The translations under genes and the position numbers were made by a program. Shown here piece by piece: positions 63,828 to 64,000 of a DNA stretch of 64,000 nucleotides. This DNA is from a virus: positions 24,343 through 88,342 of the IMG/VR virus record IMGVR_UViG_3300044678_002654, one strand, 5' to 3'. Position 1 is the first letter of the stretch. The number at the start of each line of letters is the position of its first letter. The notes under the pieces are model-generated. The model ran no database searches and had not been told where the DNA came from. It saw only the letters and a program-made list of their open reading frames with translations.

Positions 63828-64000
63828 TTAGAACGGGCACAGGTCGTTGGGGTCGTACTCGTGGGCGTCGTCGGGGTGGGCCTCGTACGTGCCGTAGTCC
63901 ACAGCAGGATCTCGCTCGAAGAGGACCGCAGGCTTCCTCCAAGGGCGCCAGACAGAGCCGGCGAGGTCTTTGCCCTTGACGCGGTCGAGCGGTTCGTTGC
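63828..64000 (-). CDS. C-terminal end of a gene entering from outside the window
   Basis: ...YEAHPDDAHEYDPNDLCPF-TAA. Confidence 0.5.
   Translation of the reverse strand, partial: NEPLDRVKGKDLAGSVWRPWRKPAVLFERDPAVDYGTYEAHPDDAHEYDPNDLCPF

Noticed and set aside
1-64000. Prophage boundaries, integrase, transposase, CRISPR array, or alternative genetic code
   Set aside because: None seen; recognisable genes translate full length with the standard code and all three stop codons are used.
63828-64000. SSB call from the acidic ...DLCPF C-terminus
   Set aside because: Only ~56 codons are visible, which is insufficient to assign.

Overview
This window is a 64-kb internal segment of a large, GC-rich tailed phage genome, probably a jumbo myovirus; no integrase, rRNA or host housekeeping operon is visible. 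The left end (1-6849, minus strand) is a tail module: chaperone pair with a probable -1 frameshift, tape-measure-like gene and baseplate-like genes. The rest is mostly a plus-strand array of small accessory genes. Recognisable genes include DinG, UvrD-like and SNF2-like helicases, ThyX, a DUF5664 dATP/dGTP diphosphohydrolase, an RpoH-like sigma factor, a DGQHR/ParB-N protein, a DarG-like macrodomain, a GH73 endolysin, a tail-fibre cassette and glycine-zipper proteins. The strongest unexplained signal is the palindrome (T)TTCAC-N3-GTGAA(A), equivalent to the inner parS half-sites split by 3 bp. I counted 28 perfect copies and 3 one-mismatch copies, about one per 2.2 kb with no gap above 3.6 kb, inside genes and across start/stop codons. 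Other signals: many unit-initial or late genes look leaderless (TANNNT 6-9 nt before the start), there is a ~50-nt tRNA-elbow-like RNA candidate, several putative anti-defence mimics, and several expanded paralogue families. All family assignments come from motif recognition by eye, not database searches.
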